Shown here: positions 38,771 to 46,308 of the stretch, in pieces
Layout of the letters: each line of letters begins with the position of its first letter
How positions within the stretch are numbered: the first letter of the stretch is position 1
Assembly (NCBI GenBank): GCA_034002805.1
Contig: JAVEZW010000003.1
Span: 1 to 46,308, forward strand
Length of the DNA: 46,308 nt
From: Bacteroidales bacterium
Lineage (GTDB): Bacteria > Bacteroidota > Bacteroidia > Bacteroidales > UBA12077
Direction: 5' to 3'
Made by a program: the position numbers and the translations under genes
Notes under the pieces: model-generated
Told to the model about the DNA's origin: nothing
The model's database searches: none
The model's input: only the letters and a program-made list of their open reading frames with translations

Positions 38771-39541
38771 ATGTCAAAACAAATTCTTTCTTATAATGTT
38801 AATGGAATCAGATCAGCTATTACAAAAGGGTTTTTAAGCTGGTTAAAAGATTCTTCCCCAGATATAATCTGTTTGCAAGAAACAAAAGCTAGCCCAGATC
38901 AATTAGATACAGAAATTTTTAAGCAGTTAGGCTATTACAATTATTGGTTTTCTGCACAAAAAAAAGGATATAGCAGTGTTGCTGTTTTTACTAAAACAAA
39001 GCCAGATAACATTTTCTATGGTCTGGGAATCGATAAATATGATTTTGAAGGGCGCACGATAAGACTCGATTTTGGAGATATAACGCTTATAAACTCTTAC
39101 TTCCCATCAGGTACAACTGGAGATGTTCGTCAGGATTTTAAGATGGACTATCTCAGCGATTTTAAAAAATATGTCGACAAGATTAAAGTTGAAAGACCAA
39201 AAATAATAATTAGCGGTGATTTTAATATCTGCCACAAACCAATAGATATAAATCATCCCGAACGCCATAAGAATTCTTCTGGTTTTTTGCCAGAAGAAAG
39301 AGCATGGATGGATGATTTTATGGAAAGTGGGTTTGTTGATTCATTCAGAGAGTTCAATACTGACCCAAATCAATATAGCTGGTGGAGCTATCGGGCGGGA
39401 TCTCGTAATAAAAATCTTGGCTGGAGAATCGATTATCATTTGATTAGTCAATCGTTAAGGTCTCACCTAATTGGAGCAGAAATCCTGTCTAATGTAAAAC
39501 ATTCTGATCACTGCCCTGTAAAAATTGATTTGAAGTTTTAG
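38771..39541 (+). CDS. xth: Exodeoxyribonuclease III
   Basis: 256-aa ORF. Motifs: ILSYNVNGIRSA, DIICLQETKA, GDFNICH, GWRIDY, SDHCPV. Confidence 0.93.
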   Translation: MSKQILSYNVNGIRSAITKGFLSWLKDSSPDIICLQETKASPDQLDTEIFKQLGYYNYWFSAQKKGYSSVAVFTKTKPDNIFYGLGIDKYDFEGRTIRLDFGDITLINSYFPSGTTGDVRQDFKMDYLSDFKKYVDKIKVERPKIIISGDFNICHKPIDINHPERHKNSSGFLPEERAWMDDFMESGFVDSFREFNTDPNQYSWWSYRAGSRNKNLGWRIDYHLISQSLRSHLIGAEILSNVKHSDHCPVKIDLKF

Positions 39542-39760
39542 CTTTACTTCATGTTATTATTTAATTATATTTTATAAATATTTGTTTTTTTGGTTTTTAA
39601 AAATCAATTATAAATTGCTTAATTCTTAGATTCAAATTAAAACACAACATAAAAATTCTTAAATAAGTAACTTTGAATTTTTTAAATAGTAACTTTTTTG
39701 AAATTTATTTTTATCCAATAAAATAATTGTTTAATTTTCAATGTACTAATTCCTTTTATT

Positions 39761-42601
39761 GTGATAAGGATTATCGGTTTTATCAAATTAGTTTTTTTTG
39801 TTGTCTTAATTAGCTCTTCTATTCAAAGTAAGGCTCAAATAACCATTCCGAATACTGTTCCTATTGCTTCGCAGGATAGTGTAATTTATTATTTAATCGA
39901 GCAAGGAAAAAAATTAACAGATAAAGATTCAATTAATGCAGATCTTTACTATTTAGAAGCTTCACGATTATCTGACAGCCTTAATAAAACAGAAAAATTT
40001 ATTGAATCTCTTTATTTTTTAGGTATTCATTATTATACCTTTTTCAATTATGCTAAATCATTAGAGATCTTTTCAGTATTGCTTGAAAAACACAATCAGA
40101 ATCTTTCAGATAAAATGAGAGCCGATATTCAGCATTATTTAGGACTTTCTCACATTAAATTTGAAAACTACGATCGATCATTATACTATATTGAAAAAGC
40201 CCTTTACTATTACGAAACAAAGAACGAAAAAGCCGAAATAGCAAAGATTTATAAGAATCTGGGAAATATTTATCTGTTTTTAAATAATGAAAAACTCGCT
40301 CTTCCTGAATACCAAAAAGCTTTGTTGCTTTATCGGGAATTAAATGATGAAGAAGGGATAGCCATGTGTTACAATAACCTGGGAATGATTTTCACCAAAC
40401 TTGGGAATGTGTCAAAAGCACTTGAGTATTTTAATCAAGCTCTTGAGATTAAAAAAAGTCTTAAAAATTTATCTTCTTATGCAAATACCCTTGGTAATAT
40501 TGGAGATTCATATCTAAGCATTTCAAATTATGATAAGGCAATTAGTTTTTTCAATGAAGCCTTAAATATCATGATAGAAATTAATAATCCAAATGGGTTA
40601 AGCGAAATTTATAACTATCTAGGCAATGCTTATATAAAAAAGGGCGATTATAAAAAAGCTTTTGAATTTCTCTACCAGGGTAAACGAATTTCAGAAAAAT
40701 ATAATTATAAACAAAGACTAACCAATAATTACCGATTATTATCCGAAGCCTACTATGGAATGGGCGATTACAAAAATGCAATCGAAAACTATAAAACCTA
40801 TAGCCTTATTAAAGATTCGGTTTGGGAAGCTATGTCAAATCAGCGATTAGCAGATTATAAGATAATTTATAAAAATATTCAAGCCGAAAACGAAGTTATA
40901 GAAACAGAAAAGAAATTTCAAAGGCAACGTGATCAGTTTTTCCTTATTCTCGCCATACTATTTTTTACCCTTGTTTTTATAGCAATTTTGTTGTGGCAGA
41001 ACAGTGTGATAAAGAGGAAGAGTAATAAAATACAAAATATAAATAAAGAGCTTGATGAACGAGTACAGAAGAAAACTTCGGAATTACGAATTACACAATA
41101 CTCTGTTGATCTTGCAGCAGATGCAATAATCTGGATGAAAAATAATGGAAAATTCTTTTATGTAAACGATTCTGCCTGTGCTCTTTTGGATTACAAAAAA
41201 TCGGAGCTCGAGCAAATGTCTATTTTTGATATTGTACCAGAATTTACAGAAGATCTTTGGCATGAATACTGGAATCAATTAAAGAAAAACAGAACCTATA
41301 TCATTCAATTATATTACAGAACCAAACTGGGATCAGATATTCCTGTCGAGACCGCTTTTAATTTCAGAGATTTTGAGGGCGAAGAGTATAATTTTACTTT
41401 TAGCCGAAACATAACTGAAAGAAAGCTTGCAGAGGAAAAGCTTAAAAATGCCAAAGACAAAGCCGAAAGGTCTGACCAATTAAAGTCCGCCTTTCTTGCA
41501 AATATGTCGCATGAGATTCGAACACCAATGAATGCAATTACGGGTTTCACAAATTTATTGATCGACCCGACTATGTCACAGAAGGAAAAAGAAGAGATAG
41601 CAGAACTCATTCAGCTTAGTAGTAATGATTTACTGAACTTGATTAACGATATAATTGATATTTCCAAAATAGAAGCTGATGAATTGACTATTAACAAGTC
41701 AATATATAGTGTTAATGAAATTTTAAGCGATATTTACAGATTGTATTCTCAAGATATCAATATAAAACATAAAAACCTTCAGCTCACTCTCTGCATTCAG
41801 GCCGAAAACAATAATTTTGGTATTTATACCGATCACATTCGATTTAGGCAAATAATGAATAACTTGTTGAGTAATGCCATAAAATTTACAGATAATGGTG
41901 AAATATCCTTTGGTTATACAATGATTACTCATGGTAATCACAACCTGCTCAAATTCTTTGTTAAGGACACTGGCATAGGTATTTCTAAAGAAAACATTGA
42001 ATTGCTTTTTGAACGATACAAGACTTTTAATTCTGACAGGAAAAAAGTTTATAAAGGAACTGGTCTCGGCCTTTCAATCTCAAAAAAATTAGTAGAAATG
42101 CTGGGAGGTGAAATAAACGTAGAATCAATAGAAGGATCTGGTTCTACCTTTTATTTTACTCTACCTTACCAAGATTTAAAGATTAATAATTCGACAACAA
42201 ACGAAAAATTAGTTACTAATAAACAACCCAATTGGCAAAATAAATCTATATTAATCGTGGAAGACACTCCTTCAAACTACTATTTAATAGAAAGTTTCTT
42301 AAGACCAACCAAAGCGACTATTTATTGGGCCAAAACAGGTAAAGAAGCTCTTGAACAATTTAAGGAAAAACTATCGATTGATCTTGTCCTTATGGATATT
42401 CAACTACCAGGAATTAATGGATATGAAGCCGCTAAAATAATTAAAGCCATTAATGCAAGCACTCCAATTATTGCACAAACAGCTTATGCTCTTTCGGGTG
42501 AAAGAGAATTAAGCAAAAATGAAGGTTGTGATGATTATATTTCTAAACCTATTAATCAAGAAAAACTCATTAATTTACTCATCAGCTATTTAGGGGTTTA
42601 G
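39761..42601 (+). CDS. TPR-repeat sensor hybrid histidine kinase/response regulator
   Basis: 946-aa ORF with a GTG start. N-terminal signal/TM. About 8 TPR-like units (..YYETKNEKAEIAKIYKNLGNIY.., CYNNLGMIFTKLGNVSKALEYFNQALEI..). TM FFLILAILFFTLVFIAILLW. PAS region. H-box SAFLANMSHEIRTPMNAITG. HATPase LLSNAIKFT, DTGIGIS, GTGLGLSISKKLVEMLGGEINVES. Receiver ILIVEDTPSN...LVLMDIQLPGING...IIAQTA...ISKP. The start codon choice is uncertain. Confidence 0.85.
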   Translation: MIRIIGFIKLVFFVVLISSSIQSKAQITIPNTVPIASQDSVIYYLIEQGKKLTDKDSINADLYYLEASRLSDSLNKTEKFIESLYFLGIHYYTFFNYAKSLEIFSVLLEKHNQNLSDKMRADIQHYLGLSHIKFENYDRSLYYIEKALYYYETKNEKAEIAKIYKNLGNIYLFLNNEKLALPEYQKALLLYRELNDEEGIAMCYNNLGMIFTKLGNVSKALEYFNQALEIKKSLKNLSSYANTLGNIGDSYLSISNYDKAISFFNEALNIMIEINNPNGLSEIYNYLGNAYIKKGDYKKAFEFLYQGKRISEKYNYKQRLTNNYRLLSEAYYGMGDYKNAIENYKTYSLIKDSVWEAMSNQRLADYKIIYKNIQAENEVIETEKKFQRQRDQFFLILAILFFTLVFIAILLWQNSVIKRKSNKIQNINKELDERVQKKTSELRITQYSVDLAADAIIWMKNNGKFFYVNDSACALLDYKKSELEQMSIFDIVPEFTEDLWHEYWNQLKKNRTYIIQLYYRTKLGSDIPVETAFNFRDFEGEEYNFTFSRNITERKLAEEKLKNAKDKAERSDQLKSAFLANMSHEIRTPMNAITGFTNLLIDPTMSQKEKEEIAELIQLSSNDLLNLINDIIDISKIEADELTINKSIYSVNEILSDIYRLYSQDINIKHKNLQLTLCIQAENNNFGIYTDHIRFRQIMNNLLSNAIKFTDNGEISFGYTMITHGNHNLLKFFVKDTGIGISKENIELLFERYKTFNSDRKKVYKGTGLGLSISKKLVEMLGGEINVESIEGSGSTFYFTLPYQDLKINNSTTNEKLVTNKQPNWQNKSILIVEDTPSNYYLIESFLRPTKATIYWAKTGKEALEQFKEKLSIDLVLMDIQLPGINGYEAAKIIKAINASTPIIAQTAYALSGERELSKNEGCDDYISKPINQEKLINLLISYLGV

Positions 42602-42605
42602 AATT

Positions 42606-43400
42606 TTAATAGCTTATAATATTTGCTTTTCGAAGTTTATATTTTTCCTGCTCTGTTAAATTTCGGTTAAAATTATATAAAGGTTTTTCCCAGGCCCCAT
42701 ACATAGGATTTGGAAGAACAATAAACTTATCGCCAAATTCTTTTTCAAATTGATCAACCAAATCAAAACCATAGTTTTTTGTTCTGTCATCCAATATCTC
42801 CGTAAAATCGCCCAAATTATCTCCAATTAAAAGAATTATCTCATAGTTCTTTGCAACTTGTTCCCTTCTTCCTTTTTTGGAGCTATCATCTTCTTTTAAT
42901 AACAAATGACCGCTATCAGCAAAAGCAAATTTCTCTGATTGCAGGTTTTTTAAGGTTGATTCAAATTCTGAAACACCTCGGTTAGAAATATAAAAAACAT
43001 CAACACCCATAGATTCAGCATATTCTGTAAACTCAACAGCTCCAGGTAGCGCTTTAGCAATACTTTTTGCTGTCCATTTTGACCAGTTATCATTATTAAA
43101 ACTCTCACCTGTTTCAATGCATTTACCTTCTGAAGGACTATTGTCTAGCATTGTTTCATCAATGTCAACAATAACAGCTTTTTTTGCGTTAGGATCCATT
43201 TTTGAAACCTTTTCACTCAATCTAAATTTTGCCAAATTAAATCCCTGGTAATACAAAGCCCTCATTTCGGCAGATTTTTGATACCATAATACTGACATAA
43301 TCAAATGATCCTGCTCTGTAATTTCTTTTTTTGTCTCTTCTTTTTTACATGAAACAAAAAGAATAATACCTAGAATAATAACTGCGACTAGCTTTCTCAT
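42606..43400 (-). CDS. Lipoprotein e(P4)-family 5'-nucleotidase / class C acid phosphatase (HAD superfamily)
   Basis: 264-aa ORF. Lipobox LFVSCKK. DDDD-type motifs VIVDIDETMLDNSP and LLIGDNLGDF. Also YQKSAEMRALYYQGFNLAK. Confidence 0.85.
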   Translation of the reverse strand: MRKLVAVIILGIILFVSCKKEETKKEITEQDHLIMSVLWYQKSAEMRALYYQGFNLAKFRLSEKVSKMDPNAKKAVIVDIDETMLDNSPSEGKCIETGESFNNDNWSKWTAKSIAKALPGAVEFTEYAESMGVDVFYISNRGVSEFESTLKNLQSEKFAFADSGHLLLKEDDSSKKGRREQVAKNYEIILLIGDNLGDFTEILDDRTKNYGFDLVDQFEKEFGDKFIVLPNPMYGAWEKPLYNFNRNLTEQEKYKLRKANIISY

Positions 43401-43513
43401 TGTATTTTAATTTTATTAAGTTGATAAAAATAAGGTTTATTTTTTATTTATTCTTTTTACCTGTAACTTTTTATTCAAATGTTCGTCCTATTTTCGAGTA
43501 AGAAATTTTTACA

Positions 43514-43999
43514 ATGACTGTTGAGGAATACAACAAAAGTATTGACTTATATTCTGATAATATTTACCGATTCATTTTAAAGAACATAAAGAATGTTCAT
43601 GAATCTGAGGATATTGTGCAAGAAACGTATGAAAAGTTGTGGATAAAAACGAGTGATGTTTCGTTCGAAAAAGTAAAATCGTATTTATTCACCACTGCTT
43701 ATCATACAATGATCGATAAAATAAGAAAAAACAACAAGCTTACTCCTATTGATGATTTTGAAGCGTTTAACCTAACTACAGCAGAAAATTATACTGATTT
43801 AAATGAAATATTAACCGAAGCTCTTAATAAGCTTCCTGAAATACAGCGGTCAGTTATTCTTCTACGCGATTATGAGGGGTATTCATATAACGAAATTTCT
43901 GAAATTACAGGATTAAACGAATCTCAGGTTAAAGTATATATTTATCGCGGAAGAATAACTTTAAAAAATTTCATTGGTAAGTTAGAAGTTTTAATTTAA
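43514..43999 (+). CDS. ECF-type RNA polymerase sigma-70 family factor
   Basis: 161-aa ORF. Region 2 (SEDIVQETYEKLW, YLFTTAYHTMIDKIRK) and region 4 HTH (RSVILLRDYEGYSYNEISEITGLNESQVKVYIYRGRITLKN). Confidence 0.88.
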   Translation: MTVEEYNKSIDLYSDNIYRFILKNIKNVHESEDIVQETYEKLWIKTSDVSFEKVKSYLFTTAYHTMIDKIRKNNKLTPIDDFEAFNLTTAENYTDLNEILTEALNKLPEIQRSVILLRDYEGYSYNEISEITGLNESQVKVYIYRGRITLKNFIGKLEVLI

Positions 44000-44013
44000 T
44001 TTATTTAATATAA

Positions 44014-45084
44014 ATGATTGCTATTAAACGCAATAATTACGAACAATTCTTTCTTGATTACCTCGATGGTACTCTTTCAAAATCTGAGGTTAATCAGCTT
44101 ATGTCTTTTTTAAATAGCAATCCTGATTTAAAAAAAGAATTAGATGACCTTGATTTTAAAAAATTAATGCCTGATAATTCCAAATTCACTAAAAAATCTA
44201 CATTAAAAAAAGAATCAATCCTTGAAGAATCGAAAAACAATAACTTCAACGAGATTTGCATTGCAAGTATTGAGGGTGACTTAAATCAATTTCAGTCTAT
44301 TGAGTTTGATAACCTTATTCATGAAAACCCTCAACTTAAAAAACATTTGTTGCTGTTCGAAAAAACAAAATTAATTCCCGACATAGCTATTTCCTATAAC
44401 AAAAAATCATTACTAAGAAAATATCTTGTTGTTCCAAAACAAAAGTTTGGTTATCAATATTTTTCAATAGCTGCATCGGTGATTTTACTAATTGCTCTTT
44501 CCTTTTTTGTTCCAAAAAGCATTCATGAAAATCAAAACTTTAATATTGTAAAATCACCATTAAATAAAGGAAACGAAGTATTGGTTTCAAAGGGAAAAAA
44601 CTTTACATCAAGCACAAAAACTTTAAATATTCAAACCCCTTATACATATCCGGAAAAGTTTTTGTCAGAGAAAATGAATAATAATATAACCATAATAATA
44701 GATGATAAAGACCCTGAAAATAGAGAATCTGTTCAACCATTATTTATGCGACCAATTAATTTAGAAACTAAAAAATTTAATAATAATCTACTTGCAGTTT
44801 CTACAAATCAATTAAAACAACAACACTCCCAAATCAAAGATGCTCAAAATTATAAATCGATAAAGGATGTTTTGATCCATGCGATTAATAAAAATGTGTT
44901 TAAAAAAGATAATGAACTTTCAAAAATAAACACCTATGATTTTGCAAACATAGCCATTACAGGAATGAATAGACTCGCAGGAACAAAGATGAGTCTTAAT
45001 AAAAAGTATGATTCCAGTGGAAATTTGGCCGAACTTGAGTTTAATTCCAGATTAATTGCTTTTTCGACACCAGTAAAAAATTAA
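44014..45084 (+). CDS. Putative anti-sigma factor / single-pass membrane protein cognate to the ECF sigma
   Basis: 356-aa ORF starting 14 nt after the sigma gene. The N-terminal helix YEQFFLDYLDGTLSKSEVNQLMSFLNSNPDLKKELDDL resembles anti-sigma N-domains. One TM (YFSIAASVILLIALSFFVP) at about aa 150-168. The K/N-rich C-terminal part shows no recognisable domain. Confidence 0.5.
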   Translation: MIAIKRNNYEQFFLDYLDGTLSKSEVNQLMSFLNSNPDLKKELDDLDFKKLMPDNSKFTKKSTLKKESILEESKNNNFNEICIASIEGDLNQFQSIEFDNLIHENPQLKKHLLLFEKTKLIPDIAISYNKKSLLRKYLVVPKQKFGYQYFSIAASVILLIALSFFVPKSIHENQNFNIVKSPLNKGNEVLVSKGKNFTSSTKTLNIQTPYTYPEKFLSEKMNNNITIIIDDKDPENRESVQPLFMRPINLETKKFNNNLLAVSTNQLKQQHSQIKDAQNYKSIKDVLIHAINKNVFKKDNELSKINTYDFANIAITGMNRLAGTKMSLNKKYDSSGNLAELEFNSRLIAFSTPVKN

Positions 45085-45150
45085 TTTTCTATTGTAACAA
45101 AATCGAATGTTAAACGTCGTAGAAAAAACAATCATTAAAAACTTAATATT

Positions 45151-46023
45151 ATGAAAAAAATCACACTGCTCCTTTTTAGTTTAATTATTACTTTAGGTAT
45201 ATATGCACAAGAACCTGACTCAACATTAGTTGAAATGAAAGAAGAACTAAATAATAATACTGACACTACGAATATAAGGTTTAAAAGAAAAACCGTTAAA
45301 ATCATTGATGAAAATGATGAAACCAAGATTTTGGTTAAGAAAAACAAAGATTCGGATTGGGAGTTTTGGAACGAAGACGATGCTCGATTTCAAGGTTCAT
45401 GGTCAGGATTTTCTATGGGCTTAAGTAATTATATGAATAAAGATTTTTCATTAAGCAGAAACGCTACCGATGAATTTATGGATCTAAACACTGGGAAGTC
45501 TTGGAATATGAACTTAAACTTTGCTCAATACAGCATAAACTTAATTAACAATAAATTTGGGCTGGTAACTGGCTTAGGCCTCGAATGGAATTATTACAGA
45601 TTTGATAATAACAATACCATTCAAAAAGACGCAGATGGCGTAATTATTACAGATACAACCAGTTACTCTGGTTTTAGTGTTGACAAATCCAAGCTTTCGA
45701 CAACATATGCAACAGTTCCTTTATTACTTGAATGGCATTCTTCTTCAAATCAGGACAGAGGTGTTGTAATTGCTGCCGGTGTAATTGGTGGTGTTAAGCT
45801 TGGGTCAAATACAAAAATAGTTTACAAAGAGAATGGAGATACCAATAAGGATAAGAAAAGAGATGATTATAATCTTTCTCCTTTTAAATATGGTGTAACC
45901 GCAAGAATTGGTGTTGGAGACTGGCTTGTTTATGGAACTTATTACCTAACATCATTATTTGAAAAAGATAAAGGCCCTGAGCTATATCCTTTTTCTATAG
46001 GTATTGCATTATCTTTTGAATAG
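45151..46023 (+). CDS. Outer-membrane beta-barrel (porin-family/PorT-like) protein
   Basis: 290-aa ORF. Signal peptide MKKITLLLFSLIITLGIYAQ. The C-terminal two thirds have alternating hydrophobic strands (FGLVTGLGLEWNYYRF, GVVIAAGVIGGVKLG, YGVTARIGVGDWLVYGTYYL, FSIGIALSF). Confidence 0.65.
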   Translation: MKKITLLLFSLIITLGIYAQEPDSTLVEMKEELNNNTDTTNIRFKRKTVKIIDENDETKILVKKNKDSDWEFWNEDDARFQGSWSGFSMGLSNYMNKDFSLSRNATDEFMDLNTGKSWNMNLNFAQYSINLINNKFGLVTGLGLEWNYYRFDNNNTIQKDADGVIITDTTSYSGFSVDKSKLSTTYATVPLLLEWHSSSNQDRGVVIAAGVIGGVKLGSNTKIVYKENGDTNKDKKRDDYNLSPFKYGVTARIGVGDWLVYGTYYLTSLFEKDKGPELYPFSIGIALSFE

Positions 46024-46027
46024 TTTT

Positions 46028-46061
46028 AAAGAAAGGCTGAGTTTCAGCCTTTCTTTTTTTT
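46028..46061 (+). terminator. Rho-independent terminator after the OM barrel gene
   Basis: aaagaaaggctga-gtt-tcagcctttcttt hairpin followed by a T-run, 4 nt after the stop. Confidence 0.6.
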
Positions 46062-46166
46062 ATGATACTCCGAAAATCTTTTAAAATCATATTTTTCATA
46101 ATTATAATCATCATTCATTTCCTGTGTTAATATTTTTTCTATCTTTAGTTTGATATTTTCATAGGC

Positions 46167-46308
46167 ATGAAAAAAATCTCCCTAACAATCGTTTTTATTC
46201 TATTCATTTTGTTCTCATCATCTCAAAATTATGATCTTTATATTCTTTTAAAATCCGACAACAGACCAGATGATACATTAAAAATTAAATATCTTATAGA
46301 CATTTTTT
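46167..46308 (+). CDS. 5' fragment of a secreted/lipoprotein-like ORF running off the window
   Basis: ATG at 46167 opens MKKISLTIVFILFILFSSSQNYDLYILLKSDNRPDDTLKIKYLIDIF with no stop before the window end. The N-terminus is signal-peptide-like. Too short to assign. Confidence 0.35.
   Translation, partial: MKKISLTIVFILFILFSSSQNYDLYILLKSDNRPDDTLKIKYLIDIF

Overview
AT-rich chromosomal segment that looks like Bacteroidota. Supporting signs: a T9SS-type C-terminal sorting domain, TAnnTTTG-style -7 promoter boxes, an atpBEFHAG operon without atpDC, a 7-gene V/A-type ATPase operon with a DUF2764-like gene, and many TPR and hybrid sensor kinases. No rRNA, tRNA, CRISPR array, transposase or integrase is visible. 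Gene content in order: (i) three tandem paralogous ~765-aa membrane sensors, each Cache-HAMP-GAF-coiled coil-PAS with no recognisable output domain; (ii) a TPR protein and a small AlbA_2/Schlafen-like protein; (iii) the F-type ATP synthase operon atpB-E-F-H-A-G; (iv) directly upstream on the same strand, a V/A-type ATPase operon E-(DUF2764-like)-A-B-D-I-K, preceded by a 4-TM protein and a bactofilin; (v) a yciH(SUI1) - T9SS-sorted EEP hydrolase - 968-aa HExxH/beta-propeller/beta-barrel protein string; (vi) housekeeping genes: DUF2723 membrane glycosyltransferase-like protein, typA, selU, an AIM24-family protein, rsgA, xth, and an e(P4) acid phosphatase; (vii) two hybrid sensor kinases; (viii) an ECF sigma / anti-sigma-like / OM beta-barrel triad. 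The most interesting items are the output-less triplicated sensor array with a near-invariant Q/E-rich helix and a mosaic paralog relationship, and the head-to-tail F-type plus V-type ATPase supercluster. In that supercluster the rotor-subunit motifs suggest different coupling ions: Na+ for the V-type K subunit and H+ for the F-type c subunit. All domain calls come from reading motifs by eye. No HMM or BLAST search, identity percentage or GC calculation was run.
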